From assembly GCA_965195285.1 (NCBI GenBank), contig CBDAFS010000014.1, positions 32,716 through 96,715 of the forward strand: a DNA stretch of 64,000 bases. Direction: 5' to 3'. The notes under the pieces were generated by a model that saw only the letters and a program-made list of their open reading frames with translations, ran no database searches and was not told the DNA's origin. Source of the stretch: an uncultured Aminicenantes bacterium (GTDB lineage Bacteria; Acidobacteriota; Aminicenantia; UBA2199). This document shows, one piece after another, positions 1 to 8,641 of this stretch (its first letter is position 1; every line of letters begins with the position of its first letter). Both the position numbers and the translations under genes were made by a program.

Positions 1-368
1 ACCACAATTTTTTGATAAATCTGAATTCCGATATCGCCGAATTCACGGGCTCTTTCTTTTTCCCGGCTGCGGCCTTTTTTTTTCCGAATCATATCAATGG
101 ATTGATTGGCAATGATGGTGGTCAAATAGGTGGTAAATTTGGCTTTGTTTTCAAACTGATGCAGCACCTGGTAATTATTTTTGGTCAATTGATCCAGCAC
201 CCGGCCGGATAATTCCAGGGCCTCATTTTCAAGGTTAATCTCCTGCCGGGGGGAATGTCCGGACCGTTTCATCCGGACTGCCTTAACGCACTGTTTTTCG
301 ATGAATTCGATATGCCGGTGGATGAGTCCCTGGTCTTCGGTGGATTCCGGTGGTGTTTTTCCTTTCAT
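1..368 (-). CDS. ECF-type sigma-70 factor, 5' part (runs off window edge; not in ORF track)
   Basis: Manual translation from ATG 368: MKGKTPPES...VLDQLTKNNYQVLHQFENKAKFTTYLTTIIANQSIDMIRKKK, a sigma region-2 pattern; open to position 1. Confidence 0.75.
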   Translation of the reverse strand, partial: MKGKTPPESTEDQGLIHRHIEFIEKQCVKAVRMKRSGHSPRQEINLENEALELSGRVLDQLTKNNYQVLHQFENKAKFTTYLTTIIANQSIDMIRKKKGRSREKERAREFGDIGIQIYQKIV

Positions 369-380
369 GGGTCCGCTACC

Positions 381-409
381 ATTATAATTCACTAAAATCC
401 TCATTTCAA
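381..409 (-). promoter_or_regulatory. sigma-70 promoter for the ECF gene
   Basis: Minus strand TTGAAA-17nt-TATAAT, 12 nt upstream of ATG 368. Confidence 0.6.
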
Positions 410-418
410 GTAAAAACT

Positions 419-444
419 AAGGGGTCAAGTCTACTGTTGACTCT
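419..444 (+). repeat. left inverted repeat (REP-like, internal GTCAA-N8-TTGAC palindrome)
   Basis: Perfect reverse complement of 1433-1458. Confidence 0.9.
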
Positions 445-1405
445 TGTTAATCATCGCCTCAATTTTTTTTAATTTCTTTTGTAATCTCAGATTGTTCTTT
501 AATTGCTCTTTTGTTCGAATCAAAACTGTGCTGACTGAACTATAGCGATGCAGAGAAAATTCTCTCCCTATCTCCTCTAAGGTATTATTTCTCAATTTCC
601 TGGATAAAAATATGGCTATATTCCTGGGTTCATTAAAACTCCCTCTAATACTTTTATGGAGAACCTCATCATTAACACCATAAAATAGACAGACCGCCTT
701 TTTAATCTGTTTGATTTCCGGTGAAAGATCATAAGATTCCGGTATTTCTTTATTTTCTTTTTGTTTAAAAAATCTTTTTTTTATTGTAGAAATAAATTCT
801 TCACTTCCCAACATTGTCGGCCATTTTTTACTATCAAGTAATTTGATAACCTCTTTTTTATCCTCCTGATTTATGAAATTCCTATATTTATTAATCCATT
901 CACTTTTCTTTTCAGACAATATTAATAATATAAATTCTTTATACAACCAGTCATAATCCTTGGATTCACTTACATACCCCCTATGACTGCTCCATTGAAA
1001 ATCATCCATGTCTTTCACTATTTCTGCTCTGAGAGAATTTCTGTGTATATAGCGTAGTAATTTTAAAAGATAATTGTCTCCGTCAACCAGGATTGATTTA
1101 TACCTGCCCTTAAATAACTGTCCTTCACATTTATGATTTTTATTAAACCTTTGGGTATAAACACCGTCAATATGACGCATAAATCTACTCAGATTCCCCT
1201 CAGTAGTATTAATTAATAGATGATAATGATTGGGCATTAAAGTATAAGCCGATATATTAACCTTCCACAATTTACAAGCTTCAATTAGTAGGTCGATAAA
1301 TGTGTGGTAATCCTTTTCGTTTAAGAAGATCTTTTCAGATCGCCTGCCCCGGTTCATTACATGATACCATGCACCCGGATATTCGATCCTTAACGGCCTA
1401 CTCAT
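431..1405 (-). CDS. HUH Y1 (RAYT/IS200-like) transposase with C-terminal DnaA-C-like HTH
   Basis: MSRPLRIEYPGAWYHVMNRG, LMPNHYHLL (HUH), GQLFKGRYKS, RYIHRN, WSSHRGY; C-terminal PRNIAIFLSRKL..TLEEIGREF...YSSVS. Confidence 0.9.
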   Translation of the reverse strand: MSRPLRIEYPGAWYHVMNRGRRSEKIFLNEKDYHTFIDLLIEACKLWKVNISAYTLMPNHYHLLINTTEGNLSRFMRHIDGVYTQRFNKNHKCEGQLFKGRYKSILVDGDNYLLKLLRYIHRNSLRAEIVKDMDDFQWSSHRGYVSESKDYDWLYKEFILLILSEKKSEWINKYRNFINQEDKKEVIKLLDSKKWPTMLGSEEFISTIKKRFFKQKENKEIPESYDLSPEIKQIKKAVCLFYGVNDEVLHKSIRGSFNEPRNIAIFLSRKLRNNTLEEIGREFSLHRYSSVSTVLIRTKEQLKNNLRLQKKLKKIEAMINKSQQ

Positions 1406-1411
1406 ATAAAA

Positions 1412-1440
1412 ATAATATCAAATATGGTAATTAGAGTCAA
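1412..1440 (-). promoter_or_regulatory. RAYT promoter with -35 inside the right IR; probably leaderless
   Basis: Minus strand TTGACT-17nt-TATTAT with TG extension, 6 nt before the ATG; no Shine-Dalgarno. Confidence 0.6.
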
Positions 1441-1458
1441 CAGTAGACTTGACCCCTT
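1433..1458 (+). repeat. right inverted repeat
   Basis: AGAGTCAACAGTAGACTTGACCCCTT. Confidence 0.9.
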
Positions 1459-1583
1459 TGCCCTTTGTTTTGTTGTTTTGTTTTGTCAATTTGAACTTAT
1501 GGGTTTTTTTTAAAGTTTAAATGTAATGGATTGACTGTGGATTGTCAAACCTGTCACTAAATAAAAATAAATTAGCCGATTTA

Positions 1584-1612
1584 TTTACAAACCGGATAAT
1601 TTTTGATAAAAT
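1584..1612 (+). promoter_or_regulatory. sigma-70 promoter of rpsO-pnp
   Basis: TTTACA-17nt-TAAAAT with TG extension; AGGAGG RBS before the TTG start. Confidence 0.55.
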
Positions 1613-1642
1613 GTATGCTGTTCAGAGATATAGGAGGATATT

Positions 1643-1912
1643 TTGAGTATTACGAGTGAGCAGAAACAGAAGCAAATTGCCCGATTTCAGAGAAATCATA
1701 AAGATACCGGATCTGCTGAGGTCCAGGTATCCATACTGACAACCCGGATTAAAAATTTAACCGAACATTTTAAAGTCCATAAAAAGGATCACCACTCCAG
1801 GAGAGGCTTATTGGGGCTTGTTTCCAGGAGAAGGCATCTTCTGAAATATTTAAAAAGAATCGATTTTAATAAATATTTAAAAATATTAAAAGAACTGAAA
1901 CTCAGAAAGTAA
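1643..1912 (+). CDS. rpsO: 30S ribosomal protein S15
   Basis: [33 protein letters not shown]; upstream of pnp. Confidence 0.98.
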   Translation: MSITSEQKQKQIARFQRNHKDTGSAEVQVSILTTRIKNLTEHFKVHKKDHHSRRGLLGLVSRRRHLLKYLKRIDFNKYLKILKELKLRK

Positions 1913-1967
1913 ACAGTTGAATCGAATGGGCCTCAGGTAATTGAATAGTGATTTTTCTATAAAATTC

Positions 1968-2003
1968 ACCCTCTCAATCGTGCAGTTGATGGGGGTTTTT
2001 ATT
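1968..2003 (+). terminator. putative intrinsic terminator between rpsO and pnp
   Basis: ACCCTCTCAAT...GTTGATGGGGGT stem followed by TTTTATT. Confidence 0.5.
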
Positions 2004-2040
2004 CAGTTGCAACCATTTTTTAATGAACAAGGAGAATAAC

Positions 2041-4128
2041 ATGCAAAAAACAATTGAAATTGAAATTGGAGACAGTATATTAAAAATTGAAACCCATAAA
2101 TGGGCCAAGCAGTCCAATGGCTCTGCCGTTATCACCTATAAGGACAATATCATCCTGGTAACGGCCAATATGAAGGATGAACCCAAAGAGGATCAGGATT
2201 TTTTCCCCCTGATCGTTGACTTCAGGCTCAATACCTATGCAGCGGGCAAGATCCCGGGGGGATTCTTTAAACGGGAGGGCAGACCATCTGAACGGGAAAT
2301 ACTGCTTTCCCGGCTGATCGACCGGCCCATCCGGCCGCTTTTCCCGGAAAACTTCTTCAATGATACCCAGGTAATCGGTCTGCTGATATCTGCAGATTTT
2401 AGTGTGGATTTCGATTCAATGGGCATTGTCGGTGCTTCAGCAGCCCTGATTTCCTCCACGATTCCCTTCAATACTCCGCTGGGAGCGGTTAAGATCGGCT
2501 GGAAAGATGGTAATTTCAAAATCAATCCCGGCCATAATGATTTGAAGGATCAGGATATGGTCCTTCTGGCAACGGGTACTGAAACCGATATCGTAATGCT
2601 GGAAGCCGGCGGAAATGAATTCAGCGAGGAGGTGTTTCTGGAAGGACTGAAGCTGGCCAAGGAAGTCATCACCCGGATATGCCAGGCCCAGAAGTCCATC
2701 ATCAACCCTGAAAAAATCAAATTTGAACCGGATACCCAGCTGGAGGAAATTTACAACCAGTTGAAGTCCAGGTATGAATCCGAGCTGGGGAAAGTTATAT
2801 TTTCGTCTTCCCGGGAGGAGCGCCAGGAAAAGATGAAAACCATGGCCGATGAAATTAAGTCTGAAGCCGGGGAAGAGATGATTGCTAAATCCAATCGGGC
2901 CTTTCACAAGCTGGAATACGATATTTTCAGACGGGAGTTGCTGGCCCAGAAACGTAGAACCGATAACCGGGCTTTTGATGAAATCCGCAATATTGATATC
3001 GAACTGAGTCCGCTGCCCCGGGTCCATGGATCGGCAGTGTTCACCCGGGGGGAAACCCAGGCTCTGGCCACGGTCACTCTGGGCTCCCAGGACGATGCCC
3101 AGAGACTGGATGACCTGACCACTGAAAATGCAACCAAAAAATTCATGCTTCATTATAATTTTTTCCCTTTTTCAGTGGGGGAGGTCAGTTTTCTCAGGGG
3201 TGCCGGCCGCAGGGAAATCGGGCATGGCAATCTGGCAGAAAAATCACTTGGTGTCATGATTCCGGATGAGGAGGAATTCCCTTATACCATTCGCATTGTT
3301 TCCGACATTCTGGAATCCAACGGCTCTTCTTCAATGGCCACTGTATGCAGCGGAAGCCTGGCTCTGATGGAAGCCGGGGTTCCCATACGGACCCATGTGG
3401 CCGGTATTGCCATGGGTCTGGTCAAAGAGGGCGATGATTATGCGGTTCTGACCGATATCGCCGGGTTTGAAGATCATTTCGGGGACATGGATTTTAAAAT
3501 CACCGGAACCGACAGGGGCATCAATGCCATTCAAATGGATATCAAAATAAATGGATTGAGTGATACAATCATCAATGAAACCCTGGACAAGGCCCGGAAG
3601 GCACGCCTGTTTATTCTGGATAAAATGAATAATGCCATTTCCACTCCGGTGGAAAAGCTGTCAAAGTATGCCCCGGTCATTCTGACCATGACCATCCCTA
3701 CCGATAAGATCAGGGATTTGATCGGCCCCGGCGGAAAGACCATCAAGGATTTGGTAGCCACCTATAATGCAAAAATCAATACCGATGACAATGGAAAGGT
3801 GACCATTGCCGCCTCCAATAAAGAAGTAGGTGATGAGGTAGTCAAGAGGATCAATCAATTGACCGAATCGGTTGAGGTCGGAAAAATTTACAAGGGAAAA
3901 ATCACCCGGATTGAGGATTACGGAATTTTCGTTGAAGTCTTGAACGGGGTGATCGGTCTGGTCCACATTTCGGAAATTTCCAATAAGAGAGTTGAAAAGA
4001 TTGAAGATGAAAATTTCAGTATCGGGCAAATCATAGATGTCAAGGTGATCCTCGTTGATCGGGACAACCGGGTTAAACTGAGCAAAAAGTCAGTGGAATC
4101 CGAAAGTAATTCCCGCAAGCGATGGTGA
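2041..4128 (+). CDS. pnp: polyribonucleotide nucleotidyltransferase (PNPase)
   Basis: GKIPGGFFKREGRP, RREIGHG, ESNGSSSMA, DHFGDMDFK, KH and S1 domains; start 2041 follows AAGGAG. Confidence 0.98.
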   Translation: MQKTIEIEIGDSILKIETHKWAKQSNGSAVITYKDNIILVTANMKDEPKEDQDFFPLIVDFRLNTYAAGKIPGGFFKREGRPSEREILLSRLIDRPIRPLFPENFFNDTQVIGLLISADFSVDFDSMGIVGASAALISSTIPFNTPLGAVKIGWKDGNFKINPGHNDLKDQDMVLLATGTETDIVMLEAGGNEFSEEVFLEGLKLAKEVITRICQAQKSIINPEKIKFEPDTQLEEIYNQLKSRYESELGKVIFSSSREERQEKMKTMADEIKSEAGEEMIAKSNRAFHKLEYDIFRRELLAQKRRTDNRAFDEIRNIDIELSPLPRVHGSAVFTRGETQALATVTLGSQDDAQRLDDLTTENATKKFMLHYNFFPFSVGEVSFLRGAGRREIGHGNLAEKSLGVMIPDEEEFPYTIRIVSDILESNGSSSMATVCSGSLALMEAGVPIRTHVAGIAMGLVKEGDDYAVLTDIAGFEDHFGDMDFKITGTDRGINAIQMDIKINGLSDTIINETLDKARKARLFILDKMNNAISTPVEKLSKYAPVILTMTIPTDKIRDLIGPGGKTIKDLVATYNAKINTDDNGKVTIAASNKEVGDEVVKRINQLTESVEVGKIYKGKITRIEDYGIFVEVLNGVIGLVHISEISNKRVEKIEDENFSIGQIIDVKVILVDRDNRVKLSKKSVESESNSRKRW

Positions 4129-4592
4129 CTTTTAAGAAAGCTCCCGGTTTTACCCTGGTTGAACTGATAATTGTGATCATTATTATTTCGGTTCTGGCCA
4201 CGGTGGCTGTTCCCATGGTTGAAACCAGTATCAAGAGAGGCAAGGAGGTCCGGCTGCGCCGTCATTTGAGGATCATCCGCGTCGCCATTGATGAATTCCA
4301 AGCCTTTGTTGAGAAGAATAAGATTAATCTGGATAAAGATCGATACGGATTCCCGGAAAGCCTGGAAGAACTGGTCACCGGGATTGAATACCGGGACAAA
4401 ACCAACCATCCCAGAGTTAAAAAATTTCTCAGACGTATACCGTTGGACCCCATGACCAATTCCCTGGAATGGGGATTGAGGTCCTACCAGGATAAACCTA
4501 CCGCTACCCGCTGGGGAGGGGAAAACATCTGGGATGTTTTTACTAAATCGGAGCAGAAAGCCCTGGATAGTAGTGAGTATGAAGACTGGTAA
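4122..4592 (+). CDS. type II secretion pseudopilin / prepilin-type protein (GspG-like)
   Basis: KKAPG|FTLVELIIV class III signal with Glu5; FLRRIPLDPMT...WGLRSYQD. Confidence 0.85.
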   Translation: MVTFKKAPGFTLVELIIVIIIISVLATVAVPMVETSIKRGKEVRLRRHLRIIRVAIDEFQAFVEKNKINLDKDRYGFPESLEELVTGIEYRDKTNHPRVKKFLRRIPLDPMTNSLEWGLRSYQDKPTATRWGGENIWDVFTKSEQKALDSSEYEDW

Positions 4593-4617
4593 CCTGTCCG
4601 AACAGCCGGTGAGGAAC

Positions 4618-4647
4618 TTGACTAAAAAGAGTAAATTTTGATATAAT
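4618..4647 (+). promoter_or_regulatory. sigma-70 promoter of rpoZ
   Basis: TTGACT-18nt-TATAAT with TG extension. Confidence 0.55.
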
Positions 4648-4709
4648 AAAATTTCCATCGGGAAACTCTCAAAAAGTCTTTTACATAATAAGGAACAAAG
4701 GAGGATGAC

Positions 4710-5054
4710 TTGGAGGACCATAAAGTTGTTGATAGTAAATTCAGGCTGGTGCTTCTGGCCGCAAAAAGGGCCAAACAACTGTTAAAGGGCAACCGAAAGA
4801 AGGTAGAAACTCAGGTTGAGAATCCTTTATCAATTGCCTTGGAAGAAATCAAGCAGGGAAAAATCGATTTTGAAATACTGTCAAATAAAGATCTGGAACA
4901 GGAAGCCGGTGAAAACCTGTTGATGATGGAAGCTCCGGAGTCGACGGAATTAAATCTTTCCGAGACCGAAGAGAAAAATGAATCGGAGCTGGTTGACTCC
5001 GAAAAAAAAGGGGATGACGATTCGGATTCCAAGAATAAATCCGATAATGCCTGA
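4710..5054 (+). CDS. rpoZ: RNA polymerase omega subunit with acidic tail
   Basis: VDSKFRLVLLAAKRAKQL...NPLSIALEEI..GKI; GGAGG RBS, TTG start. Confidence 0.93.
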   Translation: MEDHKVVDSKFRLVLLAAKRAKQLLKGNRKKVETQVENPLSIALEEIKQGKIDFEILSNKDLEQEAGENLLMMEAPESTELNLSETEEKNESELVDSEKKGDDDSDSKNKSDNA

Positions 5055-5103
5055 ATCCCTTCCGGATCTGAACGGGGGGAAAATCAGGCCCACATGAATT
5101 TAG

Positions 5104-6150
5104 ATGGAAATACTGGTTCGATCGCCAAACTGGATTGGCGATTGTATCATGTCTCTGTCGTCTCTGAGGGCTCTGAAGTATTACTTCCCCGATGCTGTTA
5201 TCGGTTTGACATGTAGAGAGCACCTGCAGGCCATATTCAAGAATATTTCTGAAATCGATCGGATCATTCCGCTAAAAAACGGTCGTGGTGTAAGGGGTTT
5301 TCCCCGGGTAGTCGGTCAGCTTAAAACATTGAATTCCGATGTGGGCATCCTGATGACCAATTCCATCCACTCTGCGCTGTTATTCAAGTTTTCGGGGATA
5401 AAGAAAATCGTGGGATACCAAAAAGACTTCCGGGGATTTTTACTCGACCATAAACTGAAATTTCCCCGAGGCCAAAAACACCAGACTGATTTTTACCTGG
5501 ATTTAATTCATGCTTTTACCCGGGAATATTCCAGTGTATCGATTCAAGCGGAATCTCATTTTTCCGGTGAATTGCCGATCCTCGATCAGGAAATCAATGA
5601 TATAAACAAATTATTGGGATGGTACGGAATTGATGCCGGGAAGAAACTGGTGGGAATATCGACTTCCGCTGCCTATGGCAGCAGCAAGGAATGGTTGCCG
5701 GAACGTTTTATTGAATTGATCAACCGGATGACCAGCCGGTTTCCCGACACGGTTGTTTTGCTGTTCGGGTCAGAATCCGAGGCAAGGAAAATCGAGTGGA
5801 TCCGTCAACATTCCGCTGTCAGCACTTTCAATCTGGCCGGCAAATTCAGTTTAAGGGAATCGATCACAGCGATTTCCCGGTGTTCGCTCTTTATCAGCAA
5901 TGATTCGGGTTTAATGCATGTGGCCTCGGCTTTGAAAGTCCCCTTGATTTGCATATTTGGCCCCACTGACCCCGGTAAAACCGCTCCCCGGTTTGGACAA
6001 TCGAAAATTCTATACCATCCGGTTGAGTGTGCTCCCTGCACATACCGGGAATGCCCTGTTGATCACCGGTGTATGGCCGGTATTCAGGTTGATGAGGTTT
6101 TCCGAACTGCTCTGGATATTCTGGACAGGGGGCAGGAGAACTGGTCATGA
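5104..6150 (+). CDS. waaF: LPS heptosyltransferase II (GT9)
   Basis: RSPNWIGDCIM, AAYGSSKEW, ISNDSGLMHVA, FGPT. Confidence 0.9.
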   Translation: MEILVRSPNWIGDCIMSLSSLRALKYYFPDAVIGLTCREHLQAIFKNISEIDRIIPLKNGRGVRGFPRVVGQLKTLNSDVGILMTNSIHSALLFKFSGIKKIVGYQKDFRGFLLDHKLKFPRGQKHQTDFYLDLIHAFTREYSSVSIQAESHFSGELPILDQEINDINKLLGWYGIDAGKKLVGISTSAAYGSSKEWLPERFIELINRMTSRFPDTVVLLFGSESEARKIEWIRQHSAVSTFNLAGKFSLRESITAISRCSLFISNDSGLMHVASALKVPLICIFGPTDPGKTAPRFGQSKILYHPVECAPCTYRECPVDHRCMAGIQVDEVFRTALDILDRGQENWS

Positions 6151-6725
6151 ACCGGGCGGTCTTTCTGGATCGGGATGGCACGCTGATCAGAGACAAGGGC
6201 TTTATCTGTCACTTCAAGGATGTGGAGATTTTCCCATTTTCCCTCCAGTCCTTAAAAATGATGAATGAATACGGTTTCCGGATTATTGTGATTACCAACC
6301 AGTCGGCCATAGCCCGGGGGATTTGTACCGAGGATCAGGTTATGAACATACATCGGGAGATGACCGGTTTTTTCAAGCGAAGTGGGGCTGTCATTGATGC
6401 CTTTTATTATTCCCCCTATCTGGAGGATGCTCCGGTGCCGAAATTCAGGAAAAGAGATGAAAGCCGCAAGCCCGCTCCGGGCATGATTCTCCAGGCAGCT
6501 GAAAATTTCGGAGTCAATCTGAGTGAGTCCTTCGTGATCGGGGATAGTTCCCGGGATATCCTGGCCGGAAAAAAAGCCGGATGCAAGACCATTCTGGTTC
6601 TGACCGGGAATGGACCACTGGCCCGCATGGAACTCGAAAACTTGAAGGTAAAACCCGATTTGATTTCTGAAAACCTACTGGATGCCGCAGAAAAAATCAC
6701 CAGAGATTGCGTATTTATTCCCTAA
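6147..6725 (+). CDS. gmhB: D-glycero-D-manno-heptose 1,7-bisphosphate phosphatase (HAD)
   Basis: AVFLDRDGTL, ITNQSAIARG, RKPAPGM, IGD...D; next to waaF. Confidence 0.9.
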   Translation: MNRAVFLDRDGTLIRDKGFICHFKDVEIFPFSLQSLKMMNEYGFRIIVITNQSAIARGICTEDQVMNIHREMTGFFKRSGAVIDAFYYSPYLEDAPVPKFRKRDESRKPAPGMILQAAENFGVNLSESFVIGDSSRDILAGKKAGCKTILVLTGNGPLARMELENLKVKPDLISENLLDAAEKITRDCVFIP

Positions 6726-7482
6726 ACATCTCGGATCGGAAGAGTCCCGCCCGGGCCAGGCAGAACAGCACTGCAACCCGGATACAGCCCAGGCCATATT
6801 TAAGACTTCGCCGAAAATTAATGGATGATGCTTCATCAAAATATTTAGTGGGGCAGGACACTTCCCCTATTTGATGGCCCTGCCAGAGAATCTGGGCCAG
6901 TACCTGGTTGTCAAAAATAAAATCATCTGAATTGCTCTCAAGGGGTAGTTTTTCGAGCAGTTCACGGGAAAAGGCCCGGTAACCGGTGTGGTACTCTGAG
7001 AGTTTGGCCCCTATCAGCAGGTTTTCGAACAGGGTCAGAAATCGGTTTGAGATATATTTGTATATCGGCATACCGCCTTTAATAGCCTGTCCGCCCAGGA
7101 TCCGGGAACCCAGCACACAGGGATACAGGTTGTTGTCAATCAAGGAAACCATGGCCGGAATCAGTTTCGGAGTGTATTGATAATCCGGATGTACCATGAT
7201 GATGATATCGCCACCGTGTTCCAGAGCCAGACGGTAGCCGGTCTTCTGGTTGGCGCCATAGCCCCGGTTTTGCGGGTGTACTTCCACCACGGTTCGGTCC
7301 AGAGATTTGGCAATTTTCGCGGTGCGATCGGAACTGCCATCATCAACCACGATCACCAGGTCCACCATGTCCTGTTGAAGTACTTCCCGGTGCGTTTGCA
7401 GCAGGGTTTGCTCGGCATTGTAGGCTGGCATAACCACCACCACTTTTTTACGATTGATCATGAATTGCTGAATCGATGGCAA
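6715..7482 (-). CDS. glycosyltransferase family 2 (DPM synthase-like)
   Basis: VVMPAYNAE, VVDDGSSD, NRGYGANQK, GSR, EYHTGYRAF; the true start may be the internal Met (MINRKK). Confidence 0.88.
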   Translation of the reverse strand: MPSIQQFMINRKKVVVVMPAYNAEQTLLQTHREVLQQDMVDLVIVVDDGSSDRTAKIAKSLDRTVVEVHPQNRGYGANQKTGYRLALEHGGDIIIMVHPDYQYTPKLIPAMVSLIDNNLYPCVLGSRILGGQAIKGGMPIYKYISNRFLTLFENLLIGAKLSEYHTGYRAFSRELLEKLPLESNSDDFIFDNQVLAQILWQGHQIGEVSCPTKYFDEASSINFRRSLKYGLGCIRVAVLFCLARAGLFRSEMFRE

Positions 7483-7485
7483 GGA

Positions 7486-8490
7486 TTATTCATTTCCCAG
7501 GGTCGCCACCATTACGGCTTTGATGGTATGCATCCGGTTCTCGGCCTCATCAAACACAATGGATGCTTTTGATTCAAACACATTATCGGTCACTTCCATG
7601 CTGTCAATTCCATACTTATGGTAGGTTTCCTCTCCGATTTTGGTTGCCCGGTTATGAAATGCGGGGAGACAATGCAGGAATTTCACATTGGAATTACCGG
7701 TTTGTTCAAGTATATTTTGATTCACCTGGTATGGTTTCAAAAGAGTGATTCTTTCTTTCCAGACGGATTCCGGTTCTCCCATGGATACCCAGACATCGGT
7801 ACACAGGAAATCGACATGTTTGACGCTGCCGGGAATCTCTTCCGAGATGGAGATACGGGCACCGGTTTCCCGGGCGATTTCCCGGCACTGGTCAACCAGC
7901 CGGGAATTGGGCTGGCATTCCGGGGGAGAGGCAATTCTCAGGTCCATTCCCATTTTGGCGCAGCCTACCAGTAATGAGTTACCCATATTGAAACGGGCGT
8001 CACCCAGATAGCAGAACGAAGTTTCCGCCAACGGTTTTGCCGAGTGTTCCATCATGGTCATCAAATCGGCCAGTACCTGGGTGGGATGGAATTCATTGGT
8101 CAGACCATTCCAGACCGGTACACCCGAAAAGGCGGCCAGTTCTTCGATTATATCCTGGCCAAAACCCCGGTATTCGATTCCGTCATACATCCGGCCCAGA
8201 ACCCTTGCCGTATCTTTCATGGATTCTTTGTGTCCGATCTGAGAACCAGTGGGTCCCAGGTAGGTAACATGGGCGCCCTGGTCAGTGGCAGCCACTTCAA
8301 AGGCGCAGCGGGTCCGGGTGGAGGTTTTTTCAAAGATCAGGGCGATCTGTCTGTCACTCAGATGTTTTTCCTCCATTCCGGCATACTTGGCTTTTTTTAA
8401 TTCAAGGGAAAAGTTCAGCAGAAATTGAATTTCATCTGAAGTAAAATCCAGCAGTTTAAGGAAATGCCGACCTTGCAGATTCACTGTCAT
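7486..8490 (-). CDS. argF: ornithine carbamoyltransferase
   Basis: [41 protein letters not shown]. Confidence 0.95.
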   Translation of the reverse strand: MTVNLQGRHFLKLLDFTSDEIQFLLNFSLELKKAKYAGMEEKHLSDRQIALIFEKTSTRTRCAFEVAATDQGAHVTYLGPTGSQIGHKESMKDTARVLGRMYDGIEYRGFGQDIIEELAAFSGVPVWNGLTNEFHPTQVLADLMTMMEHSAKPLAETSFCYLGDARFNMGNSLLVGCAKMGMDLRIASPPECQPNSRLVDQCREIARETGARISISEEIPGSVKHVDFLCTDVWVSMGEPESVWKERITLLKPYQVNQNILEQTGNSNVKFLHCLPAFHNRATKIGEETYHKYGIDSMEVTDNVFESKASIVFDEAENRMHTIKAVMVATLGNE

Positions 8491-8564
8491 ATGTTGCCTC
8501 CGGAAATCACAATATTAAAAGTTATCTTACCCTAAATTTTCGGTTTTGGCAACCGGGTAGAGAA

Positions 8565-8593
8565 TTGACAAAATTCCGGCCTTGGTTCATACT
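8565..8593 (+). promoter_or_regulatory. sigma-70 promoter of the DUF3857 pair
   Basis: TTGACA-17nt-CATACT. Confidence 0.55.
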
Positions 8594-8641
8594 ATTGCCT
8601 AAGGTTCGATCCTTCTCCCGGATCGATCCCAGGAGAATCAC

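Larger units (their letters stand above)
419..1458 (-). mobile_element. RAYT (REP-associated tyrosine transposase) element with 26-bp terminal inverted repeats
   Basis: AAGGGGTCAAGTCTACTGTTGACTCT (419-444) is the exact reverse complement of 1433-1458; the interior is AT-rich and holds only the transposase. Confidence 0.85.

Noticed and set aside
1457-1487. TTTG/TTGT low-complexity run beside the right IR
   Set aside because: Short and irregular, with no matching sequence on the left flank, so not a target duplication
8603-8629. GGTTCGATCC resembling a tRNA T-loop
   Set aside because: No cloverleaf; it is just a small hairpin in the 5' leader
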